A stretch of DNA of 44,330 bases, from NCBI GenBank assembly GCA_018064365.1, contig JAGHVJ010000009.1, positions 1-44,330 on the forward strand, in the 5' to 3' direction. The notes beneath the pieces were generated by a model that saw only the letters and a list, made by a program, of their open reading frames with translations, was not told where the DNA came from and did no database searches. Every line of letters starts with the position of its first letter. The first letter of the stretch is position 1. This stretch comes from Candidatus Enterousia onthequi. Lineage in GTDB: Bacteria; Pseudomonadota; Alphaproteobacteria; Rs-D84. This document shows, piece by piece, positions 1-8,472 of the stretch. The translations under genes were made by a program, and so were the position numbers.

Positions 1-5
1 GCAAA

Positions 6-265
6 GTGTCGCAAAAAAACCTAGGTTTTTGGTATACTGTATGCAAAGGGAAAAACCTAAGGAAATCTAAGGAAAAATCAAAATATCGAGAGAGTAAAAA
101 AATGCATAAAAAAACGTCTTTTTTAAGAGATTTTCAAAAAAACAGACTTTTTGCGTGTGTTTTTTGTGTGTTTTTCGCCTCCTCTGCACTCGCTAGCCTA
201 CCCGCTGGCTTCACCGAATTGGAATATATCGAATCCACCGGCACACAATGGATTGATACCGGGGT
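6..265 (+). repeat. Inverted homology with the other window end (about 44045-44302): shared promoter, 5' UTR and N-terminal coding sequence
   Basis: gtgtcgcaaaaaaacctaggtttttggtatact...aaggaaaaatcaaaatatcgagagagtaaaaaaatgcataaaaaa is present in reverse complement at the window end. Confidence 0.9.
15..62 (+). promoter_or_regulatory. Palindromic operator-like box AAAAACCTAGGTTTTT abutting an extended -10 (TGGTATACT), with a second near-copy AAAAACCTAAGG
   Basis: Perfect 16-bp palindrome at 15-30 and TATACT at 33-38; both conserved in the paralog (palindrome at 44278-44293). Confidence 0.55.
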
Positions 266-1370
266 AAATTTTGATACTACAAACATTGGCTTTAAGACAA
301 TATCAGATAACACAGCAACTCAACCTCATATTGGTTCAGGAACAGCAAATTATATAATTGGTACATATGGAAATGGTTATGCCGGTGCATTTATTAGAAC
401 TTCTAATGGCACAAACAATACCATTGTGTTTGGTAATAGTGGTACTGGCGCTACTAATGAAAAATCGGTATCTTCTGTAGTTTCACAAGAAGATATCATT
501 GAATACAATTATAAAAATAGTAGGAAAAAATTGTTTAATAATATTGACACAAATTACGATATAGCCTCACACGATTATAATGGCAGCTTGCTTTTGTTTA
601 GCGTACAGAAGAATAATGTTTATACTTCAGCTATAAAAATGTATACTTGTGAAATTACAGATGGCAATACTATTATTCGCAACTTCATACCAGCAAAACG
701 CGATAGCGACGATGAAATTGGTATGTATGATAAAGCTTGGGATGGAAGTCAATACGGTGTAGTTGATTTAGGAACATTGAATTGGAACAAAGAATCAACA
801 AATGGATTCTTTACATCTTGGGATTTGCGTAATATAAAAAAGACAGGTCAGCTTAACTTATGGAACTCTTTTTATATAACACCCGTAAGCGAAGGAAGTC
901 CGCTTTTAATTCCAAATAAACACATAATAGGTCACGGGGTAGCTGACGTGTTTTATATACGTGATGATGAAGCGTATGCTTCTATGTCAGCATCTGAATT
1001 TAAACAAGCAATGTCTGGTGTAAAACTCTATTACCAACGCACAACTGATACCGAGTTTCATGGTCCTTTCTACACAAATGCTGGTACTGGGACGTTCGTT
1101 GCGGGGCCGGAAAAATCAATTTCAGACATTCAAATTGCAACGACAAAATTTGTGGATGATGAATTTAAGGCAGCTGAGGACCAGTTGGCAACAACTGTCC
1201 AAACAATTGAAAGTGTTGTTAGTCGCACGATTGCCCAGACCGGACAGATTCAGGTGTTGCAAGACACAAAACAAACGCGCCCTGATGAATCATGTCCTGC
1301 AAACATGAAATGCCTGCTGGTTCAAGACGAAGACGGCACACCACATTGGTACCCCATCATCGAACCATAA
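102..1370 (+). CDS. Secreted surface/fibre protein: signal peptide, YIESTGTQxIDTG lectin/LamG-like domain with a phage-like insert, conserved coiled-coil plus Cys/Trp C-terminal module
   Basis: ATG at 102 follows GAGAG. Hydrophobic leader FACVFCVFFASSALA. N- and C-terminal parts closely match the paralog at 43271-44206. The ORF track start at 6 lies in the promoter region. Confidence 0.75.
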   Translation: MHKKTSFLRDFQKNRLFACVFCVFFASSALASLPAGFTELEYIESTGTQWIDTGVNFDTTNIGFKTISDNTATQPHIGSGTANYIIGTYGNGYAGAFIRTSNGTNNTIVFGNSGTGATNEKSVSSVVSQEDIIEYNYKNSRKKLFNNIDTNYDIASHDYNGSLLLFSVQKNNVYTSAIKMYTCEITDGNTIIRNFIPAKRDSDDEIGMYDKAWDGSQYGVVDLGTLNWNKESTNGFFTSWDLRNIKKTGQLNLWNSFYITPVSEGSPLLIPNKHIIGHGVADVFYIRDDEAYASMSASEFKQAMSGVKLYYQRTTDTEFHGPFYTNAGTGTFVAGPEKSISDIQIATTKFVDDEFKAAEDQLATTVQTIESVVSRTIAQTGQIQVLQDTKQTRPDESCPANMKCLLVQDEDGTPHWYPIIEP

Positions 1371-1412
1371 ATTCCCCGGCGCATTTGCGCCTTTTTTATG
1401 CCGCTGTCTTTC

Positions 1413-1637
1413 GTCATACCGCCGCAGGGCGGTATCCAGTTGTCCATTGGACAACCTGTGTAATAATGCCAATTTTACCAGTGTGATAAAATCACACTGT
1501 CTCCTTCTTTATGAAAGAAGGGGACGGTGGTTTCACCACCGGTTTTCTTTGCAAAATCTACCCGTTGTCATTGCGAGCAAACGGAGTTCAACTTGGGCGA
1601 TGGCCCAAGGCCGAACGAGTGAGACGTGGCAATTCAG
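1413..1637. repeat. Mosaic of palindromic REP/RPE-like modules (GTCAT-tagged elements and CCTTCTTT-n3-AAAGAAGG hairpins)
   Basis: 1413-1466 is the near reverse complement of 28046-28099. 1478-1541 matches modules at 28117-28165, 28661-28700 and 28810-28854. 1566-1606 matches the reverse complement of 31657-31697. Confidence 0.85.
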
Positions 1638-1689
1638 TCAATAATAAAGTCCAGCATACATCACGAACCATTATATAAAAAAAAAATAA

Positions 1690-1709
1690 AAACGGCCATA
1701 GCCGTCTTT
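1690..1709. terminator. Intrinsic terminator hairpin downstream of 1711-2115
   Basis: ACGGC-cata-GCCGT flanked by A and T tracts. Confidence 0.6.
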
Positions 1710-1710
1710 A

Positions 1711-2115
1711 TTATTTTATCACAACCCACTTTCTTGTTCCACTTGGACCACTCGCAGAAATATATCCACACTTGCATTTCGAGGTACCATTTGTTCCACA
1801 AGTACTTGGGCACACATTACCCGTCCCCGTCGGTTTTGCAATTCGACTACCCAAATTAGTAATACTGGTTCCATTACTTGTCACCGTAGAATTAGCCGAT
1901 GATGCCTTACCCGCCAAAGTATTAACATCTGTTTCCGCAGTTCCTGCCTTGCCATTAACAAACTTTGTTGTTGCAACAATAATCTTGCTGTCTTTAACAC
2001 TGGGGGTCTGTCCAGTCGCATATGTAGGATACGATGTAGAATCAGTAGGAAAAGCAAACGCCCCACCGACAGACATAACAGCCATAAACAATGCAAAAAA
2101 CAATGATTTTCTCAT
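1711..2115 (-). CDS. Small secreted protein, minimal member of the fibre family (IxVATTKFV motif, coiled coil, Cys-rich C-terminus ending WVVIK)
   Basis: SD AGGAG; signal peptide MRKSLFFALFMAVMSVGGAFA; motif shared with the C-terminus of 102-1370. Confidence 0.75.
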   Translation of the reverse strand: MRKSLFFALFMAVMSVGGAFAFPTDSTSYPTYATGQTPSVKDSKIIVATTKFVNGKAGTAETDVNTLAGKASSANSTVTSNGTSITNLGSRIAKPTGTGNVCPSTCGTNGTSKCKCGYISASGPSGTRKWVVIK

Positions 2116-2315
2116 AACTTCTCCTAATAAAATTCTTCCTTTAAAAGGATTTTATCAAAAAACATATTTTCAACACAAGTAAAAAATACAACCAATATAA
2201 AAATAATTTCTATTCCCCAGAAAACCAAACAAAAAAAACAATCTTTCCGATTCGTTTTTTTATCAAAACAACGCAAAGAAAATGCCTTGTCTAAATTGAC
2301 AAGGCATAATAAACA

Positions 2316-2699
2316 TTACACACGACGCACTTTCTTTGGACGGCACCCATTGTGTGGAATACGTGTCGTATCTGTAATACTTTGTACAATCAATCCGGCA
2401 TTTGCCAAACCACGCACAGCAGATTCACGACCCTGTCCAATACCACGCATCAAAACATCAACTGTTTTCATACCCATTTCTGCAACTTTCTTGCCAACAG
2501 CATCAGCAACAACCGTAGCCGCATATGGGGTCGATTTTTTTGCACCCTTGAAATTATTTGCGCCCGCTGTGGCCCATGTCAAAACCGCGCCAGACGGATC
2601 TGTAATTGTAATACGTGTATTATTATTTGTCGCAACAACATGCGCAATGCCATGCGATACTTTTTTAACAACTTTCTTTTTTGATTTAGTAATTGCCAT
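2316..2699 (-). CDS. rpsK: 30S ribosomal protein S11
   Basis: NNTRITITD, KKSTPYAA, IPHNGCRPKKVRRV. Confidence 0.98.
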   Translation of the reverse strand: MAITKSKKKVVKKVSHGIAHVVATNNNTRITITDPSGAVLTWATAGANNFKGAKKSTPYAATVVADAVGKKVAEMGMKTVDVLMRGIGQGRESAVRGLANAGLIVQSITDTTRIPHNGCRPKKVRRV

Positions 2700-2763
2700 A
2701 TTTTTATACCTTTATCTAGATGTCTTCAATTAACTATCGTGTTAATCTCTACCCTAATTTTTA

Positions 2764-3141
2764 TTATTTACCCTTGGTTGCAGACCCAGCCACCACCACG
2801 CGTTTACCTTTACGAGTTCTGGCATTTGTCTGTGTCCGTTGTCCACGAACCGGCAAACGATTACGGTGACGAATACCGCGATATGTTTTCAAATCTTGCA
2901 AACGTTTGATATTCATTGCAACTTCACGACGAACATCACCTTCGACCTTGAAATTTTGTTCAATGTAATTAGAAATTTTGATAACATCTTCGTCAGTCAA
3001 ATCTTTCGCGCGCAAACCATCTTTTAATTTCAGAGCAGCACAAACCTGGGCGGCTTTTGCTGGACCAATACCATGGATGTATTGCAACGCAACTTCGATG
3101 CGTTTTTCTGATGGGATGTTAACACCTGCTATACGTGCCAT
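2764..3141 (-). CDS. rpsM: 30S ribosomal protein S13
   Basis: [27 protein letters not shown]. Confidence 0.98.
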   Translation of the reverse strand: MARIAGVNIPSEKRIEVALQYIHGIGPAKAAQVCAALKLKDGLRAKDLTDEDVIKISNYIEQNFKVEGDVRREVAMNIKRLQDLKTYRGIRHRNRLPVRGQRTQTNARTRKGKRVVVAGSATKGK

Positions 3142-3297
3142 CTTTTATTATCCTTTTTTTACTTGTGGACGATTATTCGTCCGATTAAAATCCAAAACTT
3201 TGGGGTGCCCAAAATTTTGAAACTGCTTGATTTTGCCCAATTATGTTATACTAAATCAGACAAAAGTCAAATCTTGTTTTTGCACAAACGCCCCAAT

Positions 3298-4614
3298 TTA
3301 ACGGAAACGTCCCTGCTTTTGTGACTTTTTAACAACACCACTGTATTGTTTTGCCACTAAATAAGACTGAACCTGGGTCATCGTATCCAACACAACCCCA
3401 GCCACAATCAAAACACTGGTTCCGCCAATCACTAACGGCATCCCTGCGTGAGTATTCAAAATAATTGGAATCACACAGACAACAATCATATAGCAAACGC
3501 CAATCGCCGTTGTCCGCGACACAACACCATCTAAATAATTCATGGTTTGTTCACCGGGACGCACACCTGGAATATACCCACCGGCATTACGCAAATTATT
3601 GCTGGTTTCTTCGGAATTAAACACAACCGCCGTTTGGAAATACGCAAAGAACACTATCAAAACCGTAAACAACGCAATATAAGACCATGCCCCATACGTA
3701 AAGAACCCAATAATAGATTGCACAACCAAACTATCGCTTTGCGCAAAACGTTGAATAAATGCAGGTAACATCATAATAGACGATGCAAACACAGGTCCCA
3801 TAACACCAGACATATTCACCTTGATTGGCAAATAAGACGCATTTGTGTTCATCACACCGTTTGAAGCAACCTGACGTGGATACAAAATCTGAATACGACG
3901 TTGCGCCTGTTCAAAGAAAGCAATCAACGCAACAATACCGATAACAAATGCAATTATCAACATAATCATCGTTGGGGAAATTTGTCCAACACTGCCCAAC
4001 GAGAACAATTTACCAATACCTGATGGAACCTCGGCAATAATACCGGCAAAAATCAACAAAGATGCACCCTGGCCAACACCACGCGCAGTAATTTGCTCAG
4101 CCAACCACATAACAAACACCGTTCCGCCAACCAACGCAATCAACGCAGACAATTCAAAAGACCATCCCGGATTCACAACCGCAGCCACCCCATTTACCGG
4201 CGCCATCATTTCCAAACCACGAATAACCGCCCAACCTTGGATAACAGCTAAAACAACCGCCAAATAACGTGTATATTGATTGATTTTAACACGCCCAGAT
4301 TCGCCCTCTTTACGCAAATCAGTCAAAGTTTTACTGGTTGCCGTCAACAATTGCAAAACGATAGATGCAGAAATATATGGGAAAATGTTTAACGCCAAAA
4401 CCGACATACGCGACAAAGAACCACCCGCAAACATATCGAACATTCCCAACATACCACTACCTTCACCGGTAAACAAATGCAACACCGCCGATGCGTTAAC
4501 CCCAGGCAATGGGATAAAAGAACCAACACGATAAATAATCAACGCCCCTGCCGTAAATAAAATACGTTTTTGCAAATCTGTCAGATTTTTGAAAAAGTTT
4601 TTTATTGCTCTCAT
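3298..4614 (-). CDS. secY: Preprotein translocase subunit SecY
   Basis: IYRVGSFIPLPG, PYISASIVLQLL, IPGVRPG, GGTSVLI; multiple TM segments. The ATG at 4614 is preferred over 4668. Confidence 0.97.
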   Translation of the reverse strand: MRAIKNFFKNLTDLQKRILFTAGALIIYRVGSFIPLPGVNASAVLHLFTGEGSGMLGMFDMFAGGSLSRMSVLALNIFPYISASIVLQLLTATSKTLTDLRKEGESGRVKINQYTRYLAVVLAVIQGWAVIRGLEMMAPVNGVAAVVNPGWSFELSALIALVGGTVFVMWLAEQITARGVGQGASLLIFAGIIAEVPSGIGKLFSLGSVGQISPTMIMLIIAFVIGIVALIAFFEQAQRRIQILYPRQVASNGVMNTNASYLPIKVNMSGVMGPVFASSIMMLPAFIQRFAQSDSLVVQSIIGFFTYGAWSYIALFTVLIVFFAYFQTAVVFNSEETSNNLRNAGGYIPGVRPGEQTMNYLDGVVSRTTAIGVCYMIVVCVIPIILNTHAGMPLVIGGTSVLIVAGVVLDTMTQVQSYLVAKQYSGVVKKSQKQGRFR

Positions 4615-4676
4615 CGTTTTACTTTCCAGATATGATTCATGCCCCATGGAAACAAAATCCCGGGGCATAATAATTA

Positions 4677-5135
4677 TTATTTATTAGAAATTTTTCCACC
4701 AGCTTTCACAATCGCTTCTTCTGCCGCTTTGGACCATTTGTCCGCAACAACAGTCACAGCAGTTTTGATTTCGCCTTTGGCCAATACTTTCAAACCATCC
4801 ATTTCACGATTGATGATTTTTGCAGCCAACAAAGATTCTTTTGTAATCGGCTGTTTTGCATCAATTTTGCCAGACTTAATGAATTTTTCAATATCGCCCA
4901 AATTGATTGTCACAAAGTGTTTTGCAAATGGATTTGTAAAACCAAACTTTGGGAAACGACGCAAAATTGGCATTTGACCACCTTGGAAAGTAGCCTGTTT
5001 GCGAGAACCCGCACGCGCCTTTTGACCTTTGTTTCCACGACCCGCAGTTTTACCATACCCAGATGCCAAACCACGACCAACGCGTTTAACATCTTTACGA
5101 GCACCAAAATTATCCATCAAAGCATTTAATTTCAT
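4677..5135 (-). CDS. rplO: 50S ribosomal protein L15
   Basis: KRVGRGLASGYGKTAGRGNKGQKAR, FQGGQMP. Confidence 0.98.
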   Translation of the reverse strand: MKLNALMDNFGARKDVKRVGRGLASGYGKTAGRGNKGQKARAGSRKQATFQGGQMPILRRFPKFGFTNPFAKHFVTINLGDIEKFIKSGKIDAKQPITKESLLAAKIINREMDGLKVLAKGEIKTAVTVVADKWSKAAEEAIVKAGGKISNK

Positions 5136-5212
5136 TTTATATCCTTTTTCCTATGACCATAAATATAGTCTATTTCGCACATAATACAAGATTACGTACT
5201 CGGTTTATTTTA

Positions 5213-5392
5213 TTATTTTTCAACAATTTCCACCAAGTGTTGAACACGTGCAATCATGCCACGAACACTTTCTGTATCGTTCAATTCATGGGTTTTACCA
5301 ATGCGGCCCAACCCTAAACCCAACACAATCTTGCGTTGATATTCTGGACGACCGATAATGCTTTTCACTTGTTTTACAGTTATTTTAGCCAT
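5213..5392 (-). CDS. rpmD: 50S ribosomal protein L30 (59 aa, below the ORF-track cutoff)
   Basis: Manual translation MAKITVKQVKSIIGRPEYQRKIVLGLGLGRIGKTHELNDTESVRGMIARVQHLVEIVEK; canonical position between rpsE and rplO. Confidence 0.95.
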   Translation of the reverse strand: MAKITVKQVKSIIGRPEYQRKIVLGLGLGRIGKTHELNDTESVRGMIARVQHLVEIVEK

Positions 5393-5416
5393 GTCTATCT
5401 CCCTTGAGGTAACGCA

Positions 5417-5974
5417 TTATTTTGTTTCTTCTGATACAGTTTCTAATTTCTTGCCATCACGACCAGCAATGATTTCTGCAACTGTTTTACCACGACGTGC
5501 AGCAACAGTTTTTGGAGAATTCATTTTCGCAAAAGCCAAGAAAGCAGCACGAATCATATTGTTTGGATTATTTGAACCTTGGGATTTAACAACCACATCT
5601 TGGACACCCAAACATTCAAACACCGCACGCAACGCACCACCCGCAATAATACCAGTACCTGGAACAGCACTACGTACAACCAATTTACTCGCACCGTATT
5701 TAGCCGCTGTATCATGATGCAAAGTACGACCTTCTTTTAATGGAACGCGCATCATTTTTGCCTTGGCAGCCTTGGTTGCTTTCTGCACAGCAGCCTGCAC
5801 TTCCAATGCTTTACCCTTACCAAAACCAACACGACCTGCCTTGTCCCCCACGACAACCAATGCCGAGAAAGACATATTGCGACCACCTTTTACTGTTTTA
5901 GAAACACGATTGATAGAAACTAATTTATCTACCAAGTTATCCGTTTGCAATTTTTTATCATCAAAACGTGCCAT
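5417..5974 (-). CDS. rpsE: 30S ribosomal protein S5
   Basis: [30 protein letters not shown]. Confidence 0.98.
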   Translation of the reverse strand: MARFDDKKLQTDNLVDKLVSINRVSKTVKGGRNMSFSALVVVGDKAGRVGFGKGKALEVQAAVQKATKAAKAKMMRVPLKEGRTLHHDTAAKYGASKLVVRSAVPGTGIIAGGALRAVFECLGVQDVVVKSQGSNNPNNMIRAAFLAFAKMNSPKTVAARRGKTVAEIIAGRDGKKLETVSEETK

Positions 5975-5990
5975 TGTAATCTCCGTTTAA

Positions 5991-6347
5991 TTAAATTCTT
6001 ACACCACCTGCGCGAATCGCTTCACACAGTGCCTTTACACGACCATGATAACGAAAACCACCACGATCAAAATAACAATTGTCTTGAATACCGGCCTTTA
6101 CAGCACGTTCAGCAAATGTTTTACCAACCAATTCTGCCCCAGCAATATTCCACCCATTGGCACTAAAACCTTTTTCCTTACTGGATGCAGCACACAATGT
6201 GTGACCACGCGTATCGTCAATCGCTTGGATTTCAATATGACGACCTGAACGAAAAACCGACAAACGGATTTTACCAGGATTTTTTCTTTTCAACGCACCA
6301 CGATTTGCCAAAGTACGTCTTTCAACCGAAGTCAAATGTTTTAACAT
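5991..6347 (-). CDS. rplR: 50S ribosomal protein L18
   Basis: RLSVFRSGRHI, FDRGGFRYHGRVKAL; ATG at 6347 follows AAGGA. Confidence 0.97.
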   Translation of the reverse strand: MLKHLTSVERRTLANRGALKRKNPGKIRLSVFRSGRHIEIQAIDDTRGHTLCAASSKEKGFSANGWNIAGAELVGKTFAERAVKAGIQDNCYFDRGGFRYHGRVKALCEAIRAGGVRI

Positions 6348-6368
6348 TTTTTTTCCTTTTTTTTTCAA

Positions 6369-6386
6369 TTCCCGTAACAGCGGAAA
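6369..6386 (-). promoter_or_regulatory. 18-nt hairpin UUUCCG-CUGUUA-CGGGAA upstream of rplR, identical to the copy upstream of rplE
   Basis: Exact repeat of 8473-8490; both copies end 21 nt before the ATG. Confidence 0.6.
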
Positions 6387-6518
6387 TTATCTTGTTTTTT
6401 GTTGTCTTATGTGTTGTTTCCATTTCTGTCCCGAAAAATAATCCCCTGCATATTCACGCATCAACTTAAAAAATTGAATTAAATTTTCTTTAAAAGTTGC
6501 TTTATTTTCCACGGACAT
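6387..6518 (-). CDS. Putative 43-aa orphan protein inserted in the spc operon between rplF and rplR
   Basis: AAAGGT SD then ATG at 6518; MSVENKATFKENLIQFFKLMREYAGDYFSGQKWKQHIRQQKTR fills the intergenic gap exactly. Confidence 0.5.
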   Translation of the reverse strand: MSVENKATFKENLIQFFKLMREYAGDYFSGQKWKQHIRQQKTR

Positions 6519-6531
6519 AACAGATACCTTT

Positions 6532-7083
6532 TTATTTCTTCTTACCTTCTTTGCGACGGATTTCTTCGCCCTTGTAGAAGATACCTTTACCTTTATACGG
6601 ATCTGCTTTGCGGATTTTATGAATTTTATCAGCAAACAAACCTAATGCGCATTTATCAATACCACTGATTGTAAATTCAGTTGGTTTTTCACCAATTTTA
6701 ACAGACAAACCAGCCGGAATTTCCATAACAACATCATGAGAAAAACCAACAATCAATATCAATTTATTGCCTGCAACCGATGCTTTATATCCAACACCGT
6801 TCATATACATATCTTTGGAAAAACCATTTGTCACACCCATAACAGCAGATTTAATATTACGTGCCATTGTTCCCCACATTGCACGTGAAGCCTTATCTTC
6901 TGCATCTTTTGGTGTCACAACAACAGCACCATCTTTAACTTCTAAATCAACCAGATGAGCGTTTTTAGTATCCACATCAACTTTCAATTCGCCCTTTGGA
7001 CCTTTTACAATCACAGCATTATCTTTGATTTCCACAGACACACCGTCTTGCAATTTTACTGGATATTTTCCTGCACGAGACAT
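6532..7083 (-). CDS. rplF: 50S ribosomal protein L6
   Basis: VKGPKGEL, GVGYKA, DPYKGKGI, RRKEGKKK. Confidence 0.98.
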   Translation of the reverse strand: MSRAGKYPVKLQDGVSVEIKDNAVIVKGPKGELKVDVDTKNAHLVDLEVKDGAVVVTPKDAEDKASRAMWGTMARNIKSAVMGVTNGFSKDMYMNGVGYKASVAGNKLILIVGFSHDVVMEIPAGLSVKIGEKPTEFTISGIDKCALGLFADKIHKIRKADPYKGKGIFYKGEEIRRKEGKKK

Positions 7084-7106
7084 TTCTTAATCCTTATATT
7101 TCTAAA

Positions 7107-7505
7107 TTAGATAACCTTGCACAACACTTCGCCACCAACGTTCATCAAGCGAGCCTTGTGATCTGTCATAACGCCATGTGGTGTAGAAACAATCGCAATA
7201 CCTAAACCGTTCAAAACCTTTGGCATTTTTGCACAACCTGAATAAACACGACGACCAGGTCTGGACACAACAGAAATTTCTTGGATTGCACCAACACCGC
7301 CATTGTATTTCAATTCGACAACCAAATTAGAACGATGTTCGTCGATTTTTTCTTCGCGAAAATCAGTGATAAAACCTTCGTCCTTTAATACAGTCAAAAC
7401 TGCAACACGCAATTTGCTGTTTGGGACAGTTATAAATTCTTTACCGGCAGATTGACCATTACGAATACGGGTCAACATATCTCCGATTGGGTGTGATAAT
7501 GACAT
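7107..7505 (-). CDS. rpsH: 30S ribosomal protein S8
   Basis: PIGDMLTRIRNG, SRPGRRVY, GLGIAIVST, VGGEVLC. Confidence 0.98.
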   Translation of the reverse strand: MSLSHPIGDMLTRIRNGQSAGKEFITVPNSKLRVAVLTVLKDEGFITDFREEKIDEHRSNLVVELKYNGGVGAIQEISVVSRPGRRVYSGCAKMPKVLNGLGIAIVSTPHGVMTDHKARLMNVGGEVLCKVI

Positions 7506-7585
7506 CTTTTACTCCTTACAATCAGTTTGTGGAAAATCCACACACTTTTCCCAGCTGCATTGTCCACAACTGGCGTTTTTAAATT

Positions 7586-7888
7586 TTACCAACTGGACTT
7601 ACGAACGCCCGGCAATTTACCTTCGGATGCCATGGTCCGTAATTGTTGGCGACACAGACCGAACATACGTGAATAACCACGCGCACGGCCAGTAACCGAA
7701 CAACGATTATGCAAACGTGTTGGATTCGCGTTACGTGGCAACTTTGCCAACTTTTTCATCGCATCCATACGTTCATCTGGTGTTGCATTTACAGACATTT
7801 TTTCTTTGATTGCTTCGCGTTTTTTGGCATATTGGGCAACCAATTTTTCACGTCTATGTTGTTTATTTATCAATGCTAATTTTGCCAT
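7586..7888 (-). CDS. rpsN: 30S ribosomal protein S14 (long, zinc-independent type)
   Basis: LPRNANPTRLHNRC, GKLPGVRKSSW. Confidence 0.98.
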   Translation of the reverse strand: MAKLALINKQHRREKLVAQYAKKREAIKEKMSVNATPDERMDAMKKLAKLPRNANPTRLHNRCSVTGRARGYSRMFGLCRQQLRTMASEGKLPGVRKSSW

Positions 7889-7905
7889 CTTTATTCCTTA
7901 CTGCT

Positions 7906-8451
7906 TTATTTCAAAACCAACGGCAAGCCAATTTTCGTCAGCAATGCGCGTGCTTCGTCATCTGTTTTTGCTGTTGTTGCGATAACAATATCCATACCAC
8001 GGATAGCATCAATTTTATCAACAGAAATTTCTGGAAAGATTAAGTGTTCTTTGATACCGAACGCATAATTTCCACGACCATCAAATTTAGATTTTGACAA
8101 GCCTCTAAAATCCTTTACACGTGGCAATGCAACCGTAATCAATTTATCCAAGAAATCATACATACGTTTACCACGCAATGTAACCTTGGTTCCAATAGGT
8201 TGACCTTCACGTAAACGATATGTTGCAATAGATTTCTTTGCAACAGTCACCACTGGCTTTTGAGCCGCAATCGCTGTCAAATCAACAACCGCAGCATCTA
8301 ATTTTTTCTTATCGCTAACAGCCTCGCCGACACCCATATTCAACACAATTTTGGTCAATTTCGGCACAGCCAAAGCATTTGTGTACCCGAATTCTTTTAC
8401 CAATTCTGGCACAACTTGTTTTTCATAAATTTCACGCAATCTGCTTTGCAT
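7906..8451 (-). CDS. rplE: 50S ribosomal protein L5
   Basis: [38 protein letters not shown]. Confidence 0.98.
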   Translation of the reverse strand: MQSRLREIYEKQVVPELVKEFGYTNALAVPKLTKIVLNMGVGEAVSDKKKLDAAVVDLTAIAAQKPVVTVAKKSIATYRLREGQPIGTKVTLRGKRMYDFLDKLITVALPRVKDFRGLSKSKFDGRGNYAFGIKEHLIFPEISVDKIDAIRGMDIVIATTAKTDDEARALLTKIGLPLVLK

Positions 8452-8472
8452 TTTTATATTCCTTAATTTTAG

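Noticed and set aside
1290..1644. Short ORFs sharing peptides such as HTAAGRYPVV and VIASxRSST with ORFs at 27888-28172 and 31520-31741
   Set aside because: The similarity comes from translating the non-coding palindromic repeats.
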